DNA of 45,151 nucleotides from an uncultured Gammaproteobacteria bacterium (GCA_964521295.1 CAZFRF010000001.1:529865-575015); one strand, 5' to 3'; positions 1-10,200 are shown, counted from the stretch's first letter. Numbers and translations: made by a program. The notes: generated by a model from the letters alone, not told the origin.

Positions 1-99
1 AAGAAACCCCCCTAGGAAAGGTTCATCTTAGTTGTCTTAGAAATACAATTTAGTCTCATATTTGAAATTATTTTAACATCTAATCTTAACTATGTAAAG

Positions 100-1299
100 C
101 TAGCTAATCACACCAAGCTCTTTACCGATCTTTTCAAAACCAGCTAATGCCTTATTTAAATCTTCTCGGGAATGTGCTGCTGAAGGAATCACTCTAATTC
201 TAGCTTTACCTTTTGCAACCATGGGAAAAACAATTGGAGTTGCAAAAATATCTTCTGCATATAATTTTGCACTAAACTGCTTCGCTGTTTCTTCATCGCC
301 TAACATAACAGGAATAATTGGAGTTGCAGAATTACCCGTATCGAAACCAAGTCGTGCAAATCCCTCCTTAATATACTCAACGTTTTCCCAAAGCTTCTTT
401 ACAGGAGCATCAGATTCCAATAGAATTTTAATTGCCTCAAGAGCTGCTGCAGTATCAGGCATTGAAAGAGAAATTGAAAATAATCTTTGACGTGCTTTTA
501 GCTTATAATAACCAATTAAGATTTTATTTCCCGCTATAAAACCTCCAGTTGATGAAAACGCCTTAGATAAGCTTCCAACTTCAATATCAACTTGTCCTAA
601 TAGTCCAAAATGATCAACAATACCCCTTCCGCCTTTTCCCAAAACGCCCTCCCCATGAGCATCGTCAACCATAGTTAATGCATTGTACTTCTTCGCTAAT
701 TCAACTATTTGCGGAAGCGGAGCCAAGTCACCATCCATTGAAAAAACTCCATCAGTAACCACTAATATTAATGGCTTTTCTCCATCTGACTTAGATGATT
801 GAGCAAGTGCTGTTGCTTCTTGTAATCTTAACTCTAAATCAGATACATCCGCATGTTTATATATGAATTTATTTTTAACTCCAGAAAGCCTCACTGCATC
901 AATAATTGATGCGTGATTTAATTCATCTGAAATTACAATATCCTCTTTACCAATAATTGTTTGTACTGCAGCAGCATTTGCTAAATATGCACTAGAAAAA
1001 GTTACAGCAGCTTCTGTTCCTTTAAATTTTGCAATTGCTTCTTCTAACTCTAAATGCAAAACTTGAGTTCCAGCTAAGGTTCTATATCCTGTTCCAATAC
1101 CAAAATCTTCGATTGCTTTGATTGTAGCTTTTCTTATTCTCAAATCCTCTGAGAAACCTAAATAATGACTAGAGCAAAGATTGAGTTTTTTTATACCATC
1201 AATTGTCAAATAAGCCCCTTGACCAGATTGAATAGTTTTAGGAGTAATACCAACCGCAACGACTTCCTCTAATTTTTTATAAAAATCATCTATATTCAT
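100..1299 (-). CDS. kbl: 2-amino-3-ketobutyrate CoA ligase / glycine C-acetyltransferase (PLP-dependent alpha-oxoamine synthase family)
   Basis: 399-aa ORF with alpha-oxoamine synthase family hallmarks ([17 protein letters not shown] lysine region). Its ATG overlaps the tdh stop (ATGA at 1296-1299), the classic tdh-kbl pairing. A BioF-type role is not fully excluded. Confidence 0.75.
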   Translation of the reverse strand: MNIDDFYKKLEEVVAVGITPKTIQSGQGAYLTIDGIKKLNLCSSHYLGFSEDLRIRKATIKAIEDFGIGTGYRTLAGTQVLHLELEEAIAKFKGTEAAVTFSSAYLANAAAVQTIIGKEDIVISDELNHASIIDAVRLSGVKNKFIYKHADVSDLELRLQEATALAQSSKSDGEKPLILVVTDGVFSMDGDLAPLPQIVELAKKYNALTMVDDAHGEGVLGKGGRGIVDHFGLLGQVDIEVGSLSKAFSSTGGFIAGNKILIGYYKLKARQRLFSISLSMPDTAAALEAIKILLESDAPVKKLWENVEYIKEGFARLGFDTGNSATPIIPVMLGDEETAKQFSAKLYAEDIFATPIVFPMVAKGKARIRVIPSAAHSREDLNKALAGFEKIGKELGVIS

Positions 1300-2318
1300 G
1301 GAATTAATACAACTTTACCACACTTACCAGATTTCATTACCTCCATAGCTTTTTCAAACTCTGATAATTTAAATTTATGGGTAATAATTTTAGTTAAGTC
1401 AACCTTACCAGCGTCCAAAAGATCAGATGTCTGATACCAAGTTTCCCAAAGCCTCCTACCGAAAACACTAATTGCACTTAATTCTTTATTAATAAAATAC
1501 TTACCAATCTCAATACTAGCTTCTTTTTTAGGAACCCCAAAGAATACAACTTTACCACCAATTCTGACTGCTTCTAATATGGTGTTCATAATTTCCGCAT
1601 TACCACTTGTTTCGATTACAACCTCACAACTATCTTTATATTTTTCAGGAAGATAATCATAAACTTCATCTGCCCCCATTTTCAAAGCTAAATCTCGTCT
1701 ATATTCTCCTCTATTAAAACCAATTATTTTTTTAGCGCCATAGGCCTTAGCAACAGCTACTGCGCATAAACCCACGGGTCCTAAGCCAAATATTGCGACT
1801 GTTTTCCCGGTTACCTGTGCTTTATCAATAACATGAACAGCATTCCCAAGAGGCTCTTGAGCTGTAATTACATCTGCAGGTATTTTTCCACTATTTTTCC
1901 AGCTTGTTCTAATTGGAATTACTGCATATTCAGCAAACCCACCATACCTTCCGCCTATTCCAAATAACTGCATATTTTCACAGATATGCCTATTATTAAT
2001 TCTACATTGATAACATTTATTACAAAAAATATGAGTTTCTGAAGAAACCAAATCGCCAATTTTAATATCTGTTTCTTCATCAGAATTTATCTCAATTACC
2101 TCTCCAGCTAGTTCATGACCTAAGGTAACTGGAAAATCTTTAATATGACCTTCTGCCCAAGGCGTCCAGTCATACAAAGAAATATCTGTTCCACAAATAG
2201 AGGCTGCTTTAACTTTAACTAGTAATTCATTTTTTTGGGGTTTTGGAATTGGAATTTGTGAAAGAGTAACACCAGGAGAAGCTTTATCCTTCAATACGGA
2301 AAGCATTGTATCTGACAT
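1296..2318 (-). CDS. tdh: L-threonine 3-dehydrogenase (Zn-dependent medium-chain dehydrogenase)
   Basis: 340 aa. [19 protein letters not shown], the structural-Zn cluster [23 protein letters not shown] and the C-terminal ETWYQ...SGKCGKVVL align by eye with E. coli Tdh. Confidence 0.85.
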   Translation of the reverse strand: MSDTMLSVLKDKASPGVTLSQIPIPKPQKNELLVKVKAASICGTDISLYDWTPWAEGHIKDFPVTLGHELAGEVIEINSDEETDIKIGDLVSSETHIFCNKCYQCRINNRHICENMQLFGIGGRYGGFAEYAVIPIRTSWKNSGKIPADVITAQEPLGNAVHVIDKAQVTGKTVAIFGLGPVGLCAVAVAKAYGAKKIIGFNRGEYRRDLALKMGADEVYDYLPEKYKDSCEVVIETSGNAEIMNTILEAVRIGGKVVFFGVPKKEASIEIGKYFINKELSAISVFGRRLWETWYQTSDLLDAGKVDLTKIITHKFKLSEFEKAMEVMKSGKCGKVVLIP

Positions 2319-2321
2319 AAA

Positions 2322-2795
2322 TTAATTTATTGACTCTATTTTATAGGAAATTTTACCCGCTGGAGCCTCAACCTCAATATTTTCCCCTACTTTTTTGCCA
2401 ATTAAGGCCTTGCCTAAAGGTGATTCATGAGAAATCTTTTTCTCTTTTGGATCTGCCTCCCATTCACCAACTAAAGTAAATTCTTCTTTTTTACCTTTTA
2501 CATTTAAAATTACAATAGATCCCAATTTAACAGCTGAGTGAGATCCCTTACCATGATCTTCTTGAATAATTGAAGCTTGACTAATAATTTCCTCTAATTC
2601 ATCCAATCTTCCGTCAACAAAGGTAAGCTCATCTCTGGCTGCTGAATATTCAGCATTTTCAGATAAGTCTCCCATGCTTCTTGCTTGAGAAACTCTCTCT
2701 AAAAGCTCTGGTCTTCTAACAGAATTAAGCTGATCATACTCTTTTTTGAGCTCTGCTAAACCTTCTTTTGTTAAATAAATCTTTTTTGCGTCCAT
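2322..2795 (-). CDS. greA: transcription elongation factor GreA
   Basis: 157 aa. Has the N-terminal coiled coil with SENAEYSAARDE and the C-terminal domain with ESPLGKALIGKKVGE. Only 3 nt upstream of tdh. Confidence 0.9.
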   Translation of the reverse strand: MDAKKIYLTKEGLAELKKEYDQLNSVRRPELLERVSQARSMGDLSENAEYSAARDELTFVDGRLDELEEIISQASIIQEDHGKGSHSAVKLGSIVILNVKGKKEEFTLVGEWEADPKEKKISHESPLGKALIGKKVGENIEVEAPAGKISYKIESIN

Positions 2796-2800
2796 ATTTT

Positions 2801-2834
2801 TAAAATAAAATCCCTCCAGAAAAAATCCGAGGGA
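2801..2834 (-). terminator. terminator-like hairpin plus U-tract inside the greA 5' leader
   Basis: Minus strand reads UCCCUC-12 nt loop-GAGGGA (2834-2811) followed by UUUUAUUUUAAAAAU, then the greA ATG (2795). It lies downstream of the predicted greA promoter. Confidence 0.4.
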
Positions 2835-2870
2835 ATAAAGAAAATAAATTCAATTAAATTGTCAAAAAGA

Positions 2871-2899
2871 ATAATAAACAATCTTAAAATCTTTGTCAA
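2871..2899 (-). promoter_or_regulatory. sigma70-type promoter for greA-tdh-kbl
   Basis: Minus strand TTGACA (2899-2894), 17 nt spacer, TATTAT (2876-2871). Confidence 0.45.
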
Positions 2900-2926
2900 T
2901 GACCTCTAGTTAATATATAGAGGACA

Positions 2927-3796
2927 TTATTTTAATCCCTTTATTTCTTTTAAATATTTCTCTAATATTTTAATTTTATAATCTACCGGATGAAATGCTA
3001 AAACATTATCAGAGACTGTTTCTCGAGTAATTTTTCCTTTCATATATTGCCATTGTATCAATTGCAACAACTTTTCAATCTTAATTATTAATAAAATTTG
3101 AATTACTTTTTCCCACAATACACCCGTATTCTTTTTATATCTTATTTCATAATTATTAATTCTATGTGAGATATTAGGAAGAAATATGTAAATCCATTTA
3201 TTTTTGTTAATAAATTTTTCATAAGTATTATCAACATTTAAAACAGGAAGCATTTGCCCAATTTCATGTGCTAAATATAGGTTATGACTTGATTTCTTAA
3301 ACCCAAGAGCATTTTCAGAAATTAAATAATTTAAACATATTTTATTACTTACCTTCTGATCCTTACTGTTTCTATAAACACCAAAATAAATTAATATCAA
3401 CACGCAAATTATGCGAGTAAACCAAACAAGATTAGCAGCAGTAACAACAAATAAGTCTATATCATCATCTTTCTTTGAATTCCCCATGGCCAAACTTCCA
3501 CTAATTCCAATAAATTTTACAGATGGGATAAAACTTAATTTGTGGATTATCTTAAATGCTATCTTAAGTTTTTGCTCATTTATTTTTTGTCTTAATAATC
3601 TCTGATTAACACTTGCTTTATCTTTTAAATAATAAAAAGATTTATAACTTGCAATTTTATATTTATCTAAATCTTTGAGAAATATATTTTTTTTTAATTT
3701 TACTTCCAAAAATTCCCAAATCTCATCTTTCTTAAGAGGATAATTAAAAATATCAAAATAGAGCAGTGTTTTTAAAACATGCCTTCTATTGACCAT
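2927..3796 (-). CDS. hypothetical protein with Pol-beta-type nucleotidyltransferase motif
   Basis: 289 aa. ISGSLAMGNSKKDDDIDLFVV resembles the GS-x(n)-DxD minimal NTase motif, followed by a hydrophobic stretch. The start overlaps the upstream solute-binding protein gene by 11 nt. Confidence 0.45.
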   Translation of the reverse strand: MVNRRHVLKTLLYFDIFNYPLKKDEIWEFLEVKLKKNIFLKDLDKYKIASYKSFYYLKDKASVNQRLLRQKINEQKLKIAFKIIHKLSFIPSVKFIGISGSLAMGNSKKDDDIDLFVVTAANLVWFTRIICVLILIYFGVYRNSKDQKVSNKICLNYLISENALGFKKSSHNLYLAHEIGQMLPVLNVDNTYEKFINKNKWIYIFLPNISHRINNYEIRYKKNTGVLWEKVIQILLIIKIEKLLQLIQWQYMKGKITRETVSDNVLAFHPVDYKIKILEKYLKEIKGLK

Positions 3797-5294
3797 ACTT
3801 TTGTAGTACCTGATTTATTCCCTGAGCAAAAGGATCATAAGCGCTCTCAACTGATGCTCCGTTATTAATTGAATTAATGGCATTTTCTAAATACGTATTC
3901 ATTTCTTGGTTAATTCCTGCATCATATGTACTATCAACAAAATATGCAGAATTTGCAGTTTTTGCCTGACCTACAAATGGCAGCAATAATGGATTTTCTT
4001 CTAAGGTTACACCCAGATCAGACCTACCGTAGATTTCTCCAAAAGCACGAGTCTTTGATTCTTCTAAATATAGCGCTTGAGCAGTTGATTTTTGCGTTAA
4101 ATATTTCAAAAACAGAAAGGCTTGTTTTTGAGCTTGAGTCCTAGCGGATACACCAACCGCCCAATAACTTGCCATATTTTGCGGCTGACTAGAAAGCTGA
4201 GGAACTTTAGTGATTTCAAAATTTAAGCTCGGATTTGTTTGCTTGATCATAAAGTAATCCCAAGAATACCCAAAATACATGGCTAAATTACCTTTTGAAA
4301 AAGCAATTAAAGAAGGATCTAGGCTATTATCCCAAACATTATTAGAATCAACCGAAAATGACGTATAAAAATTTAACGCACTTTGGATTCTGTCTTTAGA
4401 AGAATCGATATTTGCTAAATCTACACTATTTTGTAGAAAAAGTAATGAGACTATATCGGGAGCATGCGTAACATTTCCGTATGTTCCCATTGCTGCTCCT
4501 GCTGTTTTGATTTTTCCCCCCTCATCCTTAACGGTCAAAGTTCTTGCTGCAGCAATAAAATCATTCCAATTAGTAGGTGGATTTATACCAACAGAAGCAA
4601 AAATATCCTTATTTATATATAACGCCAAAGTATCCATCGAATACGGTATTCCAAAAATTGCTCCATTTTTTAATAAATCGTTTTGAGAAACAGGATAATA
4701 AGACTTAATAAATTCATCCTGACTCAAAATATCACTAGGTACAGGTAATAAATTGGGAGCAAACATTGGATACCAGGTGTTATGAAATAGAAAAATATCT
4801 GGCCCATTACCATTATCAATTCGTGTAGACAATGTTTCCCTATACTGTTTTAAATCTTGCTTTGTATATTCAATTTTAATAGTAGGATTTTGTCTTTCAA
4901 AATCAGCAATTATAGGTGCCATTATCCTACTATCCTCCCAAAGTCCCCAAAATTTTAAAGTAACATTCGTAGGTGTCTGATTACTGCTGTTACCTGCTAA
5001 CCTTATAACTACTGCTGACCCTACGAAAAACAAAATTAATGAAACTACTAATCCTATTAAAATTCTAAATATAAAAGCGTGCTTTGAAAGCCTTAATCTA
5101 GGTGGCTTTACAGATCCAGATCCTGGCGGTACCGGTTTTCCCAAATTTGGTTGAGGCTGGTAAGCTTGTTGCGGTGGAATATTAGAAGGCGTACTTAGGG
5201 GCGGTGAAACAGGATTATTTGGCACCCCAGGAACAGGCGTTACGGGTGGATTACTAACTGATTGATTATTAAATACTGCTTGGTCTGTTTCCAT
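3786..5294 (-). CDS. membrane-anchored extracellular solute-binding protein (sugar ABC-type SBP family), no cognate permease in window
   Basis: 502 aa. Pro-rich low-complexity N-terminus (about 60 aa), one TM helix (FIFRILIGLVVSLILFFVGSAVV), then an SBP-like body (LKFWGLWED..., PDIFLFHNTW, YFGYSWDY). Confidence 0.6.
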   Translation of the reverse strand: METDQAVFNNQSVSNPPVTPVPGVPNNPVSPPLSTPSNIPPQQAYQPQPNLGKPVPPGSGSVKPPRLRLSKHAFIFRILIGLVVSLILFFVGSAVVIRLAGNSSNQTPTNVTLKFWGLWEDSRIMAPIIADFERQNPTIKIEYTKQDLKQYRETLSTRIDNGNGPDIFLFHNTWYPMFAPNLLPVPSDILSQDEFIKSYYPVSQNDLLKNGAIFGIPYSMDTLALYINKDIFASVGINPPTNWNDFIAAARTLTVKDEGGKIKTAGAAMGTYGNVTHAPDIVSLLFLQNSVDLANIDSSKDRIQSALNFYTSFSVDSNNVWDNSLDPSLIAFSKGNLAMYFGYSWDYFMIKQTNPSLNFEITKVPQLSSQPQNMASYWAVGVSARTQAQKQAFLFLKYLTQKSTAQALYLEESKTRAFGEIYGRSDLGVTLEENPLLLPFVGQAKTANSAYFVDSTYDAGINQEMNTYLENAINSINNGASVESAYDPFAQGINQVLQKYGQ

Positions 5295-5333
5295 AGCTTT
5301 TTATAGTATAATACAATATACCGTACCTACTCA

Positions 5334-6782
5334 ATGAAAGTCGATCTAAACAAACTTAAAACTAAATTTCGTTTCCGTTATTCATCTCACATCAAGAGAG
5401 CGTCAAAGAATTTATTCTGGTTTTTTACTGGCGCTTTCCTATCGCTTTTCTTCTTAATAGGTATTGTTTACTTTTTCTATCAAAAAACTAACGAAAATAG
5501 AATTTATCCTGGCATATATGTTGGTAATATTAATTTTGGCGGAAAAACAAAAGAAGAAGTAAAAAACTATTTTGACAACAAGAATGCAAATATCGGACAA
5601 TCAACTTTAACAATTACTAGTGATTATGGAATAGCCACAATATCCGCAAAAGAAATGAATTTTGGCTACAATAGCGAACTTCTATCCGTTCAGGCATATA
5701 GCCTTGGAAGATCAGATAATATTTTCTCTAATATTAGCCTTATTGTTCAGGCATACTTATCGGGAATAAGACTTGAATCAGCATATTCTTATTCTAAGGA
5801 AACTATAGATAACGCAATTCAACCCTTAAAACAAAAAATAAATAGAGATCCTATCGATGCAAAATTTGAATTTAAAAATGGTAGAGTAACAACTTTTTTA
5901 ACATCAAGCGATGGACAAGCTGTTGATATGGATAAGTTACATCAGTTAATTCAAGATAAAACTTTTGCGATCGTTACTTCTGAAAAACCACAAAACCTAA
6001 GCGTTACGTTGCCAATTAAAATAATTCCTCCAGAAATATCAACTGAAAAAGCAAACAATTTAGGCATTAAGGAATTAATAGGCGAAGGTCATTCTAAATT
6101 TGCCCACTCAATTCCCAGTAGAATCTATAATGTAAACCTAGCCGCCTCAAGAATAAATGGCGTTTTAATTGCACCCAACGAAGTATTTTCGTTTGATAAG
6201 GCACTCGGTGATGTTTCTGCTTTTACAGGGTACAAACAAGCCTATGTAATTCAAAATGGCCGTACTGTTTTAGGAGATGGAGGAGGAGTATGTCAAGTTT
6301 CAACTACCTTTTTTAGAGCCATTCTAAATGCCGGATTGCCCATTGTCGAAAGACACGCACATGCATATAGGGTTAGTTACTACGAAGAAGATTCAGGACC
6401 TGGAATTGATGCTACCATTTTCGTACCCAGTGTTGATCTAAAATTTAAAAATGATACCGGTCATTATATTTTAGCTCAGAGCGTAATTGATTTAGAAAAT
6501 TTAACATTGGATTTTTATTTTTATGGTACCAAAGACGGCAGAGTAACTACAATTTCAGAGCCTGTAATCACAAGTCAAACACCGCCACCACCCGCTCTAT
6601 ATCAAGATGATCCAAATCTCCCAGTAGGACAAATTCAACAAGTAGATTTTGAAGCTTGGGGAGCAAATGTATACTTCACCAGAACAGTAACAAAAAATAA
6701 TAAAGTTATTATTTCTGAGAAATTTACCTCCCGTTATCAACCGTGGCAAGCGGTATTCCTACGTGGAACAAAAACACAATGA
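5334..6782 (+). CDS. VanW family protein (N-terminal TM anchor)
   Basis: 482 aa. TM helix near the N-terminus. The VanW-like core is NEVFSFDKALGDVSAFTGYKQAYVI...GGGVCQVSTTFFRAILNAGLPIVERHAHAY. Confidence 0.75.
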   Translation: MKVDLNKLKTKFRFRYSSHIKRASKNLFWFFTGAFLSLFFLIGIVYFFYQKTNENRIYPGIYVGNINFGGKTKEEVKNYFDNKNANIGQSTLTITSDYGIATISAKEMNFGYNSELLSVQAYSLGRSDNIFSNISLIVQAYLSGIRLESAYSYSKETIDNAIQPLKQKINRDPIDAKFEFKNGRVTTFLTSSDGQAVDMDKLHQLIQDKTFAIVTSEKPQNLSVTLPIKIIPPEISTEKANNLGIKELIGEGHSKFAHSIPSRIYNVNLAASRINGVLIAPNEVFSFDKALGDVSAFTGYKQAYVIQNGRTVLGDGGGVCQVSTTFFRAILNAGLPIVERHAHAYRVSYYEEDSGPGIDATIFVPSVDLKFKNDTGHYILAQSVIDLENLTLDFYFYGTKDGRVTTISEPVITSQTPPPPALYQDDPNLPVGQIQQVDFEAWGANVYFTRTVTKNNKVIISEKFTSRYQPWQAVFLRGTKTQ

Positions 6783-7264
6783 GCAAAATAATTTCTATAA
6801 AAAAAGCGGTTAAGCTTTGTAAAAGTTTTCATGCTAACAATAAATCAATTACAGTTGCAGGCGGCTGCTTTGACATCCTCCATCTAGGCCATATTAAATT
6901 TTTAAAGCAGGCAAAAAAACAAGGTAATGTATTAATAATTTTACTTGAAAGCGATGAATCAGTTCAAAAATTAAAAGGCAGCAATAGACCAATAAATCGA
7001 TTACTAGATAGAGCAGAAATTCTAGCGGCAATAGAATATGTAGATTACGTTATTCCTTTGGAAGGCATTTTAGATAACCAGGATTGGGATAAACTAATCT
7101 ATAATTTAAATCCAGACATAATTGCAGTAACCAAAAAAGATCCACAAATAATTCATAACAAAAGGCAAGTAGAAAAAATTAATGCAAAAATCATTGAAGT
7201 CATTGCACGCATAGACAATAAATCCTCAACAAAATTAGCTCAATTAATTGCTGAAAATTTTTAA
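6779..7264 (+). CDS. cytidylyltransferase-family nucleotidyltransferase (RfaE domain II / TagD-like)
   Basis: GGCFDILHLGHIKFL is the (H/T)xGH motif. I place the start at the ATG at 6779, which forms an ATGA overlap with the VanW stop. The track's GTG at 6743 is probably an in-frame upstream extension. Confidence 0.65.
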   Translation: MSKIISIKKAVKLCKSFHANNKSITVAGGCFDILHLGHIKFLKQAKKQGNVLIILLESDESVQKLKGSNRPINRLLDRAEILAAIEYVDYVIPLEGILDNQDWDKLIYNLNPDIIAVTKKDPQIIHNKRQVEKINAKIIEVIARIDNKSSTKLAQLIAENF

Positions 7265-7713
7265 TGAAAAATATACTACTCATACTATTGATCTTAATAA
7301 TCATTGTTTTAAGTTTTTTAGGCTTAAAAAAAGTAAATTTAAATAATAATTCTACCGCCACAATTAACGACAAGCATTTTAATTTAGAAATAGCAGATAC
7401 TGAAAATCAAAAAGCAATTGGCCTTGCAAAATACACAAACATAGAAGAGGATTTTGCCATGTATTTCCCTTTCTCTAAAAAGGGCTATTACAGTTTTTGG
7501 ATGAAAGACATGAAGTTTCCAATCGATATTCTCTATCTTGATAATGGAAAAATTGTTGCTATATTTAAAAATGTACCAAATCCCAAGACAGCGAATGAAA
7601 AATTAAAAATATATAAGCCCGAAAAAATCGCAAATGGAGTATTGGAGTTAAAAGCCGGAATTTCGGATAAATATAAATTTAAATTAGGTGATAATGTTAA
7701 GATAAAAAATTAA
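7264..7713 (+). CDS. DUF192 domain protein (membrane-anchored)
   Basis: 149 aa. N-terminal TM helix, then a DUF192-like pattern: LEIADTENQKAIGL...FWMKDMKFPIDILYLDNGKIV...GVLELKAG. Confidence 0.6.
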   Translation: MKNILLILLILIIIVLSFLGLKKVNLNNNSTATINDKHFNLEIADTENQKAIGLAKYTNIEEDFAMYFPFSKKGYYSFWMKDMKFPIDILYLDNGKIVAIFKNVPNPKTANEKLKIYKPEKIANGVLELKAGISDKYKFKLGDNVKIKN

Positions 7714-7714
7714 T

Positions 7715-8743
7715 ATGAAAATTTTAAGTATCGAAACGAGTTGCGATGAAACATCAGCAGCAGTGATTGAAGCCATAAAAACCCAACCCAAAGTGAAACT
7801 ACTTAGCAATGTAACCGCTACCTCTCTTGCATTACATGCAAAAACCGGCGGAATAATTCCAGAAGTAGCTGCTAGAGAACAAGTGAGATATATTATTCCA
7901 ACAATTACCGAAGCAATCAAAAAAATTAACACCAATGATATAGACGCAATTGCTGTTACTATCGGGCCAGGACTCATTGGCTCTTTACTTGTGGGAGTAG
8001 AAACAGCAAAAACCCTTGCTTATTTATGGAAAAAGCCCATTATTCCCGTCAATCATTTATTTGGACATATTTACGCCAATTGGATTGAAGCAGAAGAAGA
8101 TGTAGAAATTGAATTTCCAGCAATTTCCCTTATTGTTTCAGGAGGCCATACTGATTTAGTTTTACTAAAAAAACATGGAGATATTATTTGGCTCGGAGGA
8201 ACCAGAGATGACGCCGCAGGCGAAGCATATGACAAAATTGGCAGAGTTCTAAACCTCCCCTATCCGGCAGGACCAAAAATGGAAGAACTAGCAAAAACAA
8301 TTACTAAAGATTTATATAATTTTCCTAGACCAATCATAAATGAAAACAATTTTGATTTTTCTTTTTCCGGATTAAAAGCTGCTGCAGCAAGAAAAATACA
8401 GGAAATCAAAAACAATAATGAGCTTTCTGAACTCGATTTGCAAAATATTTCTTTTTCTGTTCAGGAAGCAATCTTTGACGTGTTAATTAAAAAATCTCTA
8501 AAAGCATGTAAAGATTACAATGCAAAAACATTCCTTTTAGGAGGGGGTGTTGCTGCAAATCGAACACTTGGAACAAGATTCAAAAAGGCAATTGAAGAAG
8601 CTAACTTAAATATTGCGCTTTCAATTCCTCCAGCCAAGCTTTGCACGGACAACGCAGCAATGATTGGTGCAGCAGCGTATTACAATAATACTCCACTAGC
8701 TTGGCAAGAAGTAGACGCTAACCCTGAATTATACTTTGACTAA
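7715..8743 (+). CDS. tsaD: tRNA N6-adenosine threonylcarbamoyltransferase TsaD
   Basis: 342 aa. ILSIETSCDETSAAV, GPGLIGSLLVG, NHLFGHIY and GGGVAAN are typical Kae1/TsaD motifs. Confidence 0.9.
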   Translation: MKILSIETSCDETSAAVIEAIKTQPKVKLLSNVTATSLALHAKTGGIIPEVAAREQVRYIIPTITEAIKKINTNDIDAIAVTIGPGLIGSLLVGVETAKTLAYLWKKPIIPVNHLFGHIYANWIEAEEDVEIEFPAISLIVSGGHTDLVLLKKHGDIIWLGGTRDDAAGEAYDKIGRVLNLPYPAGPKMEELAKTITKDLYNFPRPIINENNFDFSFSGLKAAAARKIQEIKNNNELSELDLQNISFSVQEAIFDVLIKKSLKACKDYNAKTFLLGGGVAANRTLGTRFKKAIEEANLNIALSIPPAKLCTDNAAMIGAAAYYNNTPLAWQEVDANPELYFD

Positions 8744-8758
8744 TAATTTGCCAATAAA

Positions 8759-8767
8759 TGGTAAAAT
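8759..8767 (+). promoter_or_regulatory. extended -10 promoter; rmuC predicted leaderless
   Basis: TGgTAAAAT (8759-8767), 6 nt (ataaca), then ATG at 8774. Confidence 0.45.
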
Positions 8768-8773
8768 ATAACA

Positions 8774-9778
8774 ATGCAAATAGAACTGCTCATTTTAATA
8801 TTTGTAATCCTAACCTCTTTTGGGCTGGCCGTTTTCTTTTTAAATAGAAAAATTTCCCAACTTAATACAAGTAAAACCGACGTTGCTCTAATGGAATGGC
8901 TAAAAACAATGCAGTCATCAATTAACTCTTCATCTATGGCCACTGTCAAAGTCTTACAAGAAAACTCTAAGCAATTAAATGAAAGATTAGACACAGCAGC
9001 AAAAGTTATTCGCGATGTGGAAAAAGAGGTTGGCGAAATGAGTGAAATTGGGAGAAATATGAGAGAGTTACAAGATTTTTTAAAAAGTCCAAAATTAAGA
9101 GGTAACATAGGAGAACAGGTTCTTAAAGATTTGATTGGACAAATGTTTCCTAAAAGTAGCTTTTATTTGCAATATGCTTTTAAATCTGGAGAGAAGGTTG
9201 ATGCTGCCATCAAAACAGATGCTGGAATTCTTTCAATCGACTCAAAGTTTCCCATGGAAAATTTTCAAAAGATGACTAAGGCGATTGATGAAGAAAATAA
9301 AAAAACATTTGAAAGAGAATTCATTAGGGATGTAAAAAAGCATATCGATGCGATATCTCAAAAATATATTCTCCCATCAGAAGGAACGATGGACTTTGCT
9401 TTAATGTATATACCTAGCGAATCGGTCTATTATGAAGTAGTAAATCTGCCTGAGGTATTAGATTATGCTCGAAAACTAAGAGTATATATGGTTTCTCCCT
9501 CTACGCTTTACGCGCATTTACAAACAATCCTACTCTCTTTTGAAGGCAAAAAAATCGAGAGCAAATCTAAAGAATTATTTGCTCTCATCAGAAGCATTGG
9601 GATAGAATATGGAAAAGTAGATGAAAATATGCAAATATTAGGAAAGCATATTAATAATTCCTATAATCAATATTCTAATTTATCAGCAGGGTTCACAAAT
9701 TTAGGAAATAAAATACAATTAACAAAAAGTATGCAATATGACAAAAATGATCTAGAACAAAAAGGAGGTGAAGTATGA
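8774..9778 (+). CDS. rmuC: DNA recombination protein RmuC (short form, N-terminal TM)
   Basis: 334 aa. LRGNIGEQVLKDLIG, IDSKFPMENF and FALMYIPSESVY match the RmuC pattern. Confidence 0.7.
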   Translation: MQIELLILIFVILTSFGLAVFFLNRKISQLNTSKTDVALMEWLKTMQSSINSSSMATVKVLQENSKQLNERLDTAAKVIRDVEKEVGEMSEIGRNMRELQDFLKSPKLRGNIGEQVLKDLIGQMFPKSSFYLQYAFKSGEKVDAAIKTDAGILSIDSKFPMENFQKMTKAIDEENKKTFEREFIRDVKKHIDAISQKYILPSEGTMDFALMYIPSESVYYEVVNLPEVLDYARKLRVYMVSPSTLYAHLQTILLSFEGKKIESKSKELFALIRSIGIEYGKVDENMQILGKHINNSYNQYSNLSAGFTNLGNKIQLTKSMQYDKNDLEQKGGEV

Positions 9779-10188
9779 ATTCTAAAATTTTAATCATTAC
9801 AGCTATTATCGTTTTAATAATTGTTGCTGGAATTGGCTTTTTGTCTACACAAAACAAGAGTAAACCAATTACAGCTACTAAAAATGAAATAAAAAATACT
9901 CCTAAAGAGAGTATTCCTACTTCAACAACAGTAAGCGTAACTTCTCAAGGATTTAAACCATCAGAATTAAAAATTAAAAAGGGTACATTAGTCATTTGGA
10001 CCAATGAAAGTGGAAACAGTGTAACCGTTAACTCAGATAATCACCCAGCTCACCTGCTTTGGCCTTTTCTAAACCTAGGTACATTTAAAAACGGGGAGAG
10101 CGTTTCTGTTGTTTTTGATAAAGTCGGTAATTACACTTATCATAATCATTTTAACCCAACTCAAACTGGAAAAGTTATAGTTGAATAA
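9775..10188 (+). CDS. membrane-anchored cupredoxin-fold protein lacking the copper-ligand Cys
   Basis: 137 aa. TM helix, then a cupredoxin-like beta domain (ELKIKKGTLVIWTN...GNYTYHNHFNPTQTGKVIV). Strong SD GGAGGTGA 4 nt before the ATG. ATGA overlap with rmuC. Confidence 0.45.
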   Translation: MNSKILIITAIIVLIIVAGIGFLSTQNKSKPITATKNEIKNTPKESIPTSTTVSVTSQGFKPSELKIKKGTLVIWTNESGNSVTVNSDNHPAHLLWPFLNLGTFKNGESVSVVFDKVGNYTYHNHFNPTQTGKVIVE

Positions 10189-10200
10189 GACTTTAGGGAG

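Noticed and set aside
7684-9108. Minus-strand ORFs 7684-7977 and 8740-9108 overlapping tsaD and rmuC
   Set aside because: They are antisense to confidently identified genes and have no independent signals.
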